Part shown: positions 11,983 through 23,251 of the stretch, one piece after another | Numbering within the stretch: the stretch's first letter is position 1 | Layout: each line of letters begins with the position of its first letter | Source of the DNA: Hydrurus foetidus | Lineage: Eukaryota | Assembly (NCBI GenBank): GCA_900617105.1 | Contig: UYFQ01000521.1 | Span: 1-61,227, forward strand | Reading direction: 5' to 3' | DNA: 61,227 nt | Program-made: the position numbers and the translations under genes | The notes under the pieces: model-generated | Databases searched by the model: none | The model's input: the letters and a program-made list of their open reading frames with translations, nothing else | Told to the model about the DNA's origin: nothing

Positions 11983-12848
11983 TTAATCTTCTACCAAAAT
12001 AGCTTCAACATCGTTCAGAGTTTCATTCCAGCAATCTCTGCTACGTTTCAATCTTTGGAGACCAATTTCAACATCATCAGGCTCCTCATCTCCATCACCA
12101 AGCTCATCATCCACATAAACAAGTTTGCTTATAGACATGATTGTTAATAAAATTTATGATTCTTCTGTGTCCACAACCACCACCTCGTTGCCTAAAGTAG
12201 GTAAAGAAATATTTTTAGATGAATACTTTGGCATCGACAGTAAGGCACTACATCCAAAAACTTTTAATTCAGATGCAAAATTACAGATGCAGTAAGGCAT
12301 GCCATCCAGATTCTTTCAGCCCAAAAAAGTTCGGAAAAAAAAACCAAAAAATAAAAATCCAGATCCACATTTTTCGGATGCGATAAGGATCGGCCTAACT
12401 TTCTTCGAAAACACGTTTGTAATCGAATTTGAGTTCAGCACTTCTGAAACTGTGGGAAAATGAAAGCAAAAAATTCAATTGAGAATTTCTGACTTCAGAA
12501 ATGGATGCGCCACTGTTTGTTTAGTCGGGGACACTTCTCAAAAAGGGTTTTTGAAAAATTTTCATTTTAATGTTCTCGTGGCTACTAAAGTTCAACTAGG
12601 TTTTTTATTCCGACTTGGTCCTTGACACCACTGTGTTCCGTTAAAAATTCTAAAAGGTGTGGGAAATGCGGAAATACGCTAATTACACGTTTTGAATTTT
12701 GAACTGCTTACTAGCAAGGTCAGTCAAGTTAGATCAGAACTCATATCAGCTTCACAAATTTGATGATGACAGTTTGCTAGGACGGTTGACTTGTTTAAAG
12801 AGGCGTAGTCAAGATTCTGAAATTTGAGATTTTGTATCGGATGCCAAC

Positions 12849-15800
12849 ATGAAAACTTTAGTCATTGGTGATGATGACACCGCTGGTACAGCCCATTTAC
12901 GATCTATGCTGGAGTTACTGCTCCTTGAAGATTCTTTCCTACCTCTCATGATGAATTGGGCGGCAGAGGAGGGTTGGTCCGATCTTATTCTGTTCCTCCT
13001 AGAAACAGACTCTCTCCGATTCCCTTCGATACTGATGAATGAAGCAACTAAAAATCATGCCAGATTTATACAAGATCCCTCCGCTCTTTCTCGGATATCG
13101 AAATCTTACATAGCTGAAAGTGATACCTCACCCAGAGGTGTCAAAGTTGGCCATTTATTGTCTTACGAGAAACTTGGTTCTGTTGCAAGATTGACATCAT
13201 GTGGGATTCCTCTTGCCGCTGTATTCTCCGTCATTTGCGATAGGACGTGGCAAAAGATTATGAGACTTGGAGAAAATTTACCCTCTAAAAAGTTTGTGTG
13301 GTCGGCTTTGCAGAAAAGCATCGTTGGCGATAAAAAGTTAGAGCTGATCACTGTGTTGAAGAAGGAGAGCTACCGAATATTCTTGATCAATTTCCTACAG
13401 CAAAGCCCTGCAGAAGGTGCTTGCTTGAAATGCTGTCTGCAAGTCCGATCTATATTAGATGCGCTTGAGCAGTTCAAATTCCCTTCATCACGCGACCAGC
13501 TTCGTGGTTATGCTGTTGAGAGTAAAGATCATCTGAACTCAACCATCGAATACAGCTGTCACATGCCAGAATCAGGAACTCAGAATCACAGAAAAGCGTC
13601 TTCTGAGTCATGTGGTGACCCCACCGTCGTTGCTGTGAAGAGGAAAGGCAGTTTTTTCGCTATTAGAAGGGTATCGATCACCGCACCTAAGTCAGTCGCC
13701 CCCCCCTCATCGATAGCGGTGAGAGGAGGGGGGGACAATCTCGTTTCATTTGCAGCTCCTGGGACGCCAATCGATGCTGCTGCTTCCATAACGTCACAGA
13801 CAGAACGGGGGGAGGACTATTCCGATCCCTTGGGGGCATTCGCTCTGCTGCTGCTTGAAACGCGTAAGTTGCACAGAAAGTTCTTCAGCACGTCAGGTTC
13901 CGTTGCTCCCTTTCCCACCCAGGCGAGCAGAGGGTCGGACTACGGCAACATGAGCCACAGCAGCATAAACAGCATCAACTCCCAACCCACGCATAAAGGA
14001 GGCATGGAGTCCCCGAGTGGCAGCAATAGCAGCAGCAGCTTTCATAATATACCGTGTGCTGGCCCATCGGAGACCTTACGGCTAGAGCTTACGGCCACTT
14101 TAGCGCAGACTTCCTCGGTGCATCTGGCTGATGTGGACACTCTGGAAAGGTAAGAGGAGGCTTCATTATGTGTGTTGAAGAGCGTATACGTTACATTCTG
14201 TCTGCTCATTTTCACCGTTAGCATCACTGACACCTCCTGTGCTATATCATATCATGTCATCCTACATCTTATCATATACTATCATATTATATAGTAAGGT
14301 ACCATATCATGCCATGTCGTGTCATTTCTTATCTTATTACAACACATCACATCATACTACTTCGTGTAAGATGTCATGTCATATAATTTACTGTCATGTC
14401 ACATCGTTTGTTCCCATATCGTCTTATACCGTATGGTATTATATCGTATCATACCGTATGATACAATGTCGTATTATGGCACAATAATATGTCATGTCAT
14501 ACCTCCACGTCTAATCACTAACGTTTTTCTCCTCCGTCCGCAGTTTGTTTACAATGACATTTGCTGGTAGATTAGAAAAATTGCTGAGCGAAGTGGAGAG
14601 GGAAACTTTCCAATATCTGCAACTCAGATTTCCACACTTCTTGAATTCTCCCGAATACGTGTTTTTAGTGGCACAAGAAAAAGCAGAAGAAAGTAAAAAA
14701 GTGAAAATATTCAGAAGTATGAATAATTTCCTAGATTTCGTGAAGGAAAATAACGAATCTCCCGTAATGAACGGAAAATCTCTCAATGAAATGTCAGTAT
14801 TTAATTTTGAGACACAAGAACCCGAACTAAAACAAAGTGTACATGGGAAGGTGTACGTTCATCATGAGGATTCGTACGTGCTGCATTTAAATCAGTACGG
14901 ATCGTTCTGCAAAGATGATGACGTCAGCGATTCTGAGAGCGACGTCCCTGATAAAAACAAAATGGGAAAAGGAATGGAAAATGACGTGATTCCAGTGAGA
15001 AGAAAAGCAGTAGGACGGTCGGGCAGCAATACGCAACACCCCTCTTACAAATCAATCCACCCAACTGGAGTCGAAACCTTAGCCGATCTGTACCCCTCTC
15101 TTGGCCGTAATGCGGCCATGTGCCTTTCCCCCTCTACTAAGGAAAATATGAATCCCTTTGGGGCACATTCCCGTTGGGAGTCCGATATGGTAAACGGTTT
15201 ACAGGCAGAGTGTAAGGACAGCTACTCTTCTAATTCCCATATGAGTATCGATCAACCTGTGGGGGAGTCGAAGAGTTCTGACTACAATACCAATTATAAT
15301 AATAATAAAAATGATAATAATAGTAATGGCACTGTTAATGGTGGCAGTAGTGGTAATAGGCTGTATAACGTGATCGGAGAAAGAGAGAGAGGAAGAGAAG
15401 GAAGGGAGTCAGAAGGGGAGATAATGACGGAAGACGAGAGGGAGAGGGAGGATATTAACACAGCGTTCCAGTTGACTTTTGCGGTCAACAGTTTATCGCC
15501 CAGAGTGTGTGTCCAGCTGGCCATGGTATTGAGCTCTAAAATGTGAGTACTCCGTTATTATCTCACATCTTATAAATTCTCAACATTTCTTGTTCATCTT
15601 GTCCTTCATCATTTTATATCGTGTTAGACTTTACCGCTATTATCTTACAAAATTTCTAAATCAGCCCTATTATCTCGTCGAAAACGGGACAATCTGGCGT
15701 TTTTTTCACTCATCATGGCTTGGACCGCGTACTTCTATTTTCCTATTCGATACCCTAACAGCTCCCTAATCGTAATAGTGACATATCACTCTTACTCTGT

Positions 15801-18598
15801 GTTCACCAAGGTCATTTCTATCACAATCCTTTACACACCATCGTTTCAGAAATTATCTTAAACCAACCGACCTTTTTCTTTTTTTTCAGGAGTGTTGTGT
15901 TGGTATCCTCTTCAACAGAACTACTGACCGCCACAATCTCCACACTGCCCCATCTGGTCAAGCCCATGAGACTGAGCGCTTCTCACTCGGTGACTCAGCT
16001 GACAGGGGTGGGAGACGTGGACAATTGGTGGAATGCCTATCTGACTAGCTACCACCTCGCCCTTGCGTCAAGACAGAACAGCAAAGATAATTCTCATTAT
16101 CATGCTGGTGAGACATTAGTGGGAGCGCAATGCGTGATTTGATATCACACAAAATAAGTGATTTAAAAAACACAACATACCATAACATTATATAATACAC
16201 AAAAAAAATGAGCCTAATGACATGACATGACGTACCATACCATACCGCAACATAATTCACTATGACAAATTGTAAATTGCAACCACATGACACACTAAAA
16301 CACGACATAACACAATTTACTCTCTATTTCGATTACCAACAGCTGTGCTTGGCAGCAACTCATCATCAGGGATCAGGGATCTAAAATCCGCCACACACGG
16401 AAGTGCTTTGAGGAAGAGTCATCTGGTGTGCGCTACATCTCTCGACTTTTACTCTTCCCAGATGCTGAAAGATTTTTGTTTCAGTGACTGCAAGTGCGCC
16501 AATGACGTGTGTGTCTACGACCTAGACACCTTTACGGTAAGCGATGCATATTGCCGCACTCACTGTGATACTATACTATACTCAATTAGATCTACTATAC
16601 TGACAAATGCTGTACCGAACTGTTCTACTCTCTACTTCGCTATTCTGCGCTATGAATATATTAAACCGTATACTACACCATACTATACTATGCTATACTG
16701 TAATATACCATACCGTATTATATTAAACTATATTATACCATACTATGCTTCACTATATTAAACAATATTATACCATACTATATTATACTGCCCTACATTA
16801 TCCTCTACTATACTATATTATAATATACTATACTTTACTATGATATACTATACTATACTGCACTATACCATACTATACTATACCATACTATACTGCACTA
16901 TATCAAATCATACTGTAATATGATAGACCATACTATACTATACTTTATTGTACCATTCTATACTGTATTATACTATACTATACCACACTATACCATACTA
17001 AACTACACTATATTATACTATACTTTACCATACTATACTACACTATACTATACAATCCTATACGATAATATATTACAATTGAATTATACTGCACTATACT
17101 ATGCTATACTGCACTATATTATACTATACTATACCATACTATACTACGCTATCATACTGTAATATAATATAGCATACTACACTATGCTATATTATACTAT
17201 ACTATACTTAACTATATTTCGATATGCTATACTATACTTTACTTTACTACAATATTCTACAATATACTACACTATACTATATTAACTATACTATACAACG
17301 CTATACCATACTATAATATACCATACTATACTATATTAAACTATACTACACTATACTATACCATACTATAGTATACCATACTATAGTATACCATACTATA
17401 CTATACTATATTAAACTATACTACATTATACGATACTGCACTATACAGTAGAATTCTGCACTACACCTCCCTTCATTATTCCTTGCTATCAGAACTCCAT
17501 TCCAACCCTCACCAATATCATTTACCCCTTCACTGCTAGGTCATATCACCTCAAGAGAGAAAGGTGTTTACACTCGGCCCTCCAGCCGAGTCTAAATGGA
17601 TGAAAGATCTCCTATGCTCGAAAACGTTCCAATGTTACAACAGCCCAGCATTCCGATCACTTCACATCGAAACATGCAAATTGCTGGACAGATTAAAACG
17701 TAAAAGCAGTCAAGCACAAAAACGAAATAAAAAAAATAGTAGTGAAAAGTTGACTAGAGAGAGCGGCAAGACTCAACGCAACGGTAGCCAATTGTTGGGC
17801 AAAATACTTGAAGTGTCTGTTTCAGAAATCGAAAAATCCGAGAGCATAAATTGTCTTCAGAGAGAAGTAGTCGAGATTTCGTCAGCCGTAATGGATGCGT
17901 TTAGCCGTTACTTCACGGCTATTTTTTATCACGCCCTTCCTGCTAGTATTCTTTACTATCCTACACAAAAAGTGGTCGCGTGTGATTTGCAATTACTGCA
18001 ATCCCATCTATTTGCTGCCAGAGAAAGAGTCAGATTCGCTGAAATTGCACAGAGCAAAAAGAAAATCCTGTCTCTGAGTAGACCAGTCTACGCAGCATCA
18101 AATGCTCCGGAATCTGCACGTTCTAGTCCCATGCACATACCATTGTACGTGTGTCCTGTGAGCCCTCGTGTTGGAGAGCATGCGCACATGGAGACTGGTA
18201 ACATCAGTAACTCAGATCGACATGAGGAGAGTGGGACGAACGATCACGGGAGCAGCAGTGCTGTGAATGGGGTAGGAAGAGGAGGGGGTTCAGGGATGGG
18301 GGAGAACAGAGGACTCATGCAGCGACACTTCACCTGCGTAGATGATACTGATAAGGCCATAGAGAATGACAGCGGCAAGAGTAACAGGCTCTCCTTACCT
18401 CTCCCTCCTCCCCTCTCTTACAAGGCCCACATCCCTCCCCCTGTGGAGACCCCGGACCTACCGATTCCAGAGAGGGTGTGTCCCTTCAGGGTTGCACAGC
18501 GGGTAGAGGAGTCTTTCTCGCATCTCATAGTGACATCACCTGCTTTCTTCGACCTGGTCAAACGGCACGGACCGGTCCTGCAACACTTTCGATTCTAG
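12849..18598 (+). CDS. Five-exon gene (~1256 aa), putative RGS-like plus DENN-like domain protein
   Basis: Exons 12849-14149, 14544-15542, 15890-16107, 16343-16536 and 17540-18598 join in frame through GT-AG introns. RGS-like ETFQYLQLRFPHFLNSPEY; DENN-like LSSKMSVVLVSSSTELLTATISTLPHL and FSHLIVTSPAFFDLV. Gene structure is solid; domain calls are by eye. Confidence 0.75.
14240..14510. repeat. Degenerate pentamer satellite (ATCAT/GTCAT) in intron 1
   Basis: Visible 5-bp periodicity. Confidence 0.85.
16565..17450. repeat. Degenerate (TACTA)n pentamer satellite in intron 4
   Basis: About 0.9 kb of TACTA/TACCA/CACTA units. Confidence 0.95.
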
Positions 18599-19588
18599 CT
18601 GATCAGTCTACAGCACTTCTGTTCTGCTCTCTTTCCTGTCCTCCTTTCTTCGGTTTTCAATTGTACTTGAACTGCTGCTAATTCATTTGGGATCTTATCA
18701 GTACATCCTCGACTTACTCTAATGACCTTGACGGCCATTCGCAGTAATTCAACGGAATGTCGTACTAAATAAATGTTGTGCAGATAGCACCGCTGTGAGA
18801 AATCATGCTGAGTGTTGCGAAAGACGAAGACAGGGACGGACGGACTTAATTCCATTTCACAGCCCGTAGATAAAGTAGCGAATTACATTATTTTCTCTTT
18901 TACTGCCTTGCATCGACCGATATTTTCTTTTCTTGCCTTACGTACAGTGGGGTGTAAGAAGTGTATCAATATATATCTGTTATGTCTGAATCGAATTTAC
19001 GAGGATAGTAGTACGTGATTAATCAAATAAAAAGTGGACTTTTGCTTTCCCTCGTCGTTGTACTGCACTGTGCCACACTGTACGGTACTTCAAGATCTCC
19101 CGCTAGGTTTTTTCTCGGCCTTCTCTTCGATACTGACTGAGCCTCAGCGCGTGAAGAAGTGAAGCCGCTAATGCTTTACCGTAACTTACGGCTACTAAAG
19201 ACCGTCTTGAATGTAAATAACCGGGAGGAAGGGAGGGGGGCGAAGTGAAGGGGGAGTGCTACGCTGCTCTCCACCGCATGCATATTCCCTCGTGAGGACG
19301 AAGTCTAATCCAGTCTAGTCAAAACGAGTCAGCCATCTCTTACATTTGCACGGCATGAGAGACAAATTCACCGATATTGCTCCTCTCCTTTTCTCTGGTT
19401 AACAATGCACGGTGCGATGCCATGCTGTGTGGTAATGGTGCCTCTCGCTGCTATTCTAGTATCTTCAATTTAAACGCCAAAAGTCAAATTCCACCTACGA
19501 GCATGAAAATTTTCAGGGACGATTAGTTTGGGCGACGGTACAATGTACTTGCGGGAAGGAGAAATAGAGTGTAACATGGTGTTTCGTA

Positions 19589-21042
19589 TTATACGGTGGC
19601 AGACAGGTTCTTCAACTTGCTTGAGAGGTATTTCATGAATGACAGGTCATGTTGTAACGGCACTTCACAGCGGGGATGGCGATAATCATCTTCACTGTTA
19701 AGGCGCTCAACCACTCTTAGATGCAGAGGAATGTACATGAAATGAAAATGAGGCGGCAACACTGATGGAGGCGGAGAAGGTAAATGGCACATCTCGTCAC
19801 ATGGACTTCTTACCCTGCATTTTCAGGCTGTTGACCCGGACCCATAGATTCGACTTCTGCCTGCACCCCTAGAAAATAGGCAAGACGGTGGGCCTCGTCG
19901 TAGAGGGGGCAGATGAACAGCTGGTTGATGAAAATGCCTCCGTTTTTTTTGTGGTTTATGAGGCACGCAGAACCTTCTCTGCCTTCTTTAATAGCGCGGC
20001 TGATTTTTGCGACCTCGACGCGATCTGTCGCACTCCCCTGTAATTTAAAATGTTGGACTTAATGTTCAGTGATCGCTATTTTGTTGATTACATCGCTGTA
20101 GGTGAGTCACACACCAGTTGGGCTCGCGATGAAGTATCAATTTACTGCTCTTGCAGTATCGTTTCAGAATAGCATCGTAAGATGATTTAGTCATGCATTC
20201 ACATTGCAGGTGTAGCTATGGGTAGCCCTGCCAAAAGTCGGTTTAGTGGTAATCAGAGAGGTGCTTTCACCTGCAGAAATCGGCAGTTCCTAAGAAGAAT
20301 TTCTTCTCGTGCGTATCCAGTTAACGTGCAGAACGCGTTACTGTAGAAACGCGAAGATTTGTTGAGGTTATTAATGGGTAATGGTGAAGGGGCATTATCT
20401 AGCTCTGACAAGAAAAATGAATTATCTGGGTTATGATTGATGCAATGACTCCATACAGTGAAAGAAGAAGGGTTTCACCTTGCAAATATCAAAGGATTAG
20501 CATGGAGATTTGGGTCCGATACCGTGAAACAGCACTTATCACTCTGCTGGTTCAACATTTCTGCAAATTGATGATCGTGTGAAATGTCTCAGCACAAAAG
20601 TTGGTGGTTGTTGAAGTTGTTGGCACTTGATACGAGAGATACAAAAACAGTAAGGTTTATACTGTTGGAAAGAATTATGCAACGACCACGCGCCTATCGT
20701 CATGCTGACCTACGACTATGCTGTCTTTGACGCAGAGAGTACATCCGGGGATGAACTTTCCCTCGTTGCTAACGATTTCTGCCTTCTCTGAAAAACACGA
20801 GACGAAGAATTTTCTAGGATGAAGAAAAGAGAATCTGCACCTGGAAAATTGATAGCATTCGATCGCTTACCTGTTTTTCCCTTGATCGGAGGTTCCGTTG
20901 CTAACTCAGTCAGAAGGAACGACTTTGGCCGAGGGAGCTTCCTTGATTTCTTAGTTGCCACTGTTGCTTGTGTCAGATATCTTGCAACTACAACTACGGA
21001 AAAGTACAGGATGAGCCCAGAGACGGCAGACTGTTCTGACAT
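19589..21042 (-). CDS. Single-LOV-domain (flavin blue-light sensor) protein, ~250 aa, six exons
   Basis: Exons 21042-20871, 20787-20710, 20560-20479, 20340-20271, 20037-19814 and 19715-19589 splice in frame and give CFTVSDPNLHANPLIFASNAFCTLTGYAREEILLRNCRFLQGSATDRVEVAKISRAIKEGREGSACLINHKKNGGIFINQLFICPLYDEAHRLAYFLGVQ. The first and last exons are less certain than the LOV core. Confidence 0.9.
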
Positions 21043-21536
21043 CTTGTCGACAGCTGTTGAGGAGGAAAAAGGGTAATGGACAGTGGGTTTCTGTCTTGAA
21101 CACCGTCACGTCCCTACCCAACATAAATCATGATTTGGTATTGCATGAGATGACGGCGACTTCGGACTTCCAGTCCTTGTTCAACATCTGCACCCCCTAG
21201 AGCTATAACACAGATCCTAGATCCAGCATCACTGGCACGTGTCGCGTGACTCGTGTCTCGTGTCCGATTCTTTTTAAATAAATTCCCCGTGTGTCCCTTT
21301 TTCTTTTTTTCAAATCGCATTTGAAAGAGCTTCAAAATACGTTGAAAACTGGAGACGCGAATTATTCAAAACTTCCTCTAAACATGTCACGCCGAGGAGA
21401 AGGCGGTTTCGGCGGCTGGAGATGTTAATGCACGGAGAAGTTCCCGGAATCTGAAAACATTTTTGCACGTGGCCAAATCTGCCCGATTTCATTCGGGGCG
21501 AGAGAAAGTGACCCTCCGCTCGGTGTATAGAGTGGG

Positions 21537-22013
21537 ATGATACCTTCCACTTCAATGGATGCGACTCGGGAGAAGATCGACATACTTAATGTCTCCGGTG
21601 ATGGTGGGATACTTAAATGCATCACGCTGGCTGGGACTATACCGATTCCTTGCAACGTCATCGCAAGAATATTGTACACGGGCAAATTGGTAGATGGAAC
21701 AGTATTTGACAGCACATCCTTTCGGGAAGAACCGTTTACTTTCAAAGTTGGCAGCAGAGAAGCCGTTCTCGCCCTGGACTTAGCAGTCGCAGGAATGAAG
21801 ATGGGGGAGAAATGCCACCTAATCTGCACATCTGAATATGCATATGGTAAAGTAAATGTCGGGCTTGTTCCGCCGTATTCAACAGTTGAATATGATATTG
21901 AGCTCCTAGGATGGGACCAATTGCCTTCGTACAAACTTGCTGCATTACCAATAGTCACGATATCGGTATTCTTGATTTTGTTGGCTTGTACAGCGCAATC
22001 GCTGATGCAGTAA
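21537..22013 (+). CDS. FKBP-type peptidyl-prolyl isomerase with a C-terminal hydrophobic anchor
   Basis: DGGILK, YTGKLVDGTVFDS, MKMGEK, EYAYG and YDIELL motifs; C-terminal LAALPIVTISVFLILLAC. Confidence 0.92.
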   Translation: MIPSTSMDATREKIDILNVSGDGGILKCITLAGTIPIPCNVIARILYTGKLVDGTVFDSTSFREEPFTFKVGSREAVLALDLAVAGMKMGEKCHLICTSEYAYGKVNVGLVPPYSTVEYDIELLGWDQLPSYKLAALPIVTISVFLILLACTAQSLMQ

Positions 22014-22467
22014 AGCACATGCGGAACTGCTTCGAAGTCAATCGCGCTTCAAAAAAGTTTGGGTCTTTCGTCTTCTGCTCAATTTTTCTCTGCGGCACTG
22101 ATTTCTAGCCTAATAGTTCAATTTTTTACACGTCAGCGGAATGTGCTTCCGCACAAATGAGTCTGTGTGCGCAATGTTGCTGGTAAGTTTCTCTTCAGAC
22201 GAGATTAAAAGAACGTGCGCGATGTGACGAAAAGCTAATTCTTAAAAGCTGGATCCAATACAATTATATACGGTGACGGATTCTGTCTGAAAAGTGACAA
22301 GCCTCCACGGAGAGCAGCGAATTGCTTCTGTACTGTATGCACCACTATTTTTATGGAAAGATGCTCTCCCGGGTTATCAGTAAGCACGATTTTTCACGAG
22401 ACTTTCACAAGATTAAGTAGGAATCGGACGGAAACTACTGACAGTCAGTGAACGAAAGGTAATGTTC

Positions 22468-23045
22468 TCACTTGGCCATTGGATGTGAGGAAACGTATGA
22501 TATTGCGTCAGCAACTGACAAAATTTTATCAGCCTCCTGATCTGGGATTTCGATGGAAAATTCCTCTTCGATCAGCATGACGATTTCTACGGCATCTAGT
22601 GAGTCAAGGTCCAGATCCTCTTTAAAACGAGCAACTGCGGACACGTTGGCCTTCTTAATCTGAACAGGAAACATTAGTTGATATTGAATTCTAGGAATAG
22701 TGCTTACATCCTTCGGGAATTGAGTTCTTCATCGCCATTGTGCTGCGGGAATGTGGATTTACCTTATCAAAATTCATCACGACTTCCACTATGCGATCAG
22801 AAACTTCTTTCGAATCTAGAAATGGCTGGGCAGTACATAAGCAAATCAGATATAGAGGTACACGTGACTTTTGTTCGCCCTAAATTTACTGGGTATAAGG
22901 TTATCACCTCATCTTTGCTCCCACTGCAGAAAGACTTGAAAACATTTATCGTCATAGGAGCAACAATGGTTTTAGCATTAAATGCCACCTTGTTGAAAAT
23001 AGTAGGACGTGCACTGCATCTGATGAGGCTGACTAGTCTGGACAT
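22468..23045 (-). CDS. Mitochondrial acyl carrier protein (NDUFAB1-like), three exons, 130 aa
   Basis: Exons 23045-22908, 22825-22763 and 22659-22468; basic N-terminal presequence; DLDLDSLDAVEIVM phosphopantetheine site; EEEFSIEIPD. Confidence 0.93.
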
Positions 23046-23251
23046 TGTTGGGTTCTGAATTCGTCAATGTACGTAGGGAAATTGTGGAAGTCCAGTTGTT
23101 GCGCACAGATTATCGAAGCCTTCGGCACTGCTCCCTCTTTGGAGCTGAGAGCTGAGTGTAGAACATTTTACGTTTTGTATTTTGTGGACATCAAAATACT
23201 GATTTTGGGCACTTTCTGTGCATAATAATAGTGTATGCTGGAGCATAAGAA

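Larger units (their letters stand above)
8339..12395. mobile_element. PIF/Harbinger DNA transposon
   Basis: 15-bp perfect TIRs GGCCGATCCTTATCG (8339-8353 and 12381-12395), TAA TSD (8336-8338 and 12396-12398), and two convergent genes including a Harbinger DDE transposase. Confidence 0.96.
7867..12633. mobile_element. Foldback/MITE-like non-autonomous DNA element (~0.7 kb without the nested Harbinger)
   Basis: 7868-8190 is a long imperfect inverted repeat of 8220-8338 plus 12399-12632, with ends AGTGGTGTCAAG...CTTGACACCACT and a short central spacer. No coding capacity; TSD not resolved. Confidence 0.85.

Noticed and set aside
16920..17162. Tyr/Thr/Ile/Leu-rich ORFs (also 14239-14570)
   Set aside because: Translations of intronic pentamer satellites.
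21425..22018. 197-aa minus-strand ORF
   Set aside because: Antisense shadow of the FKBP gene.
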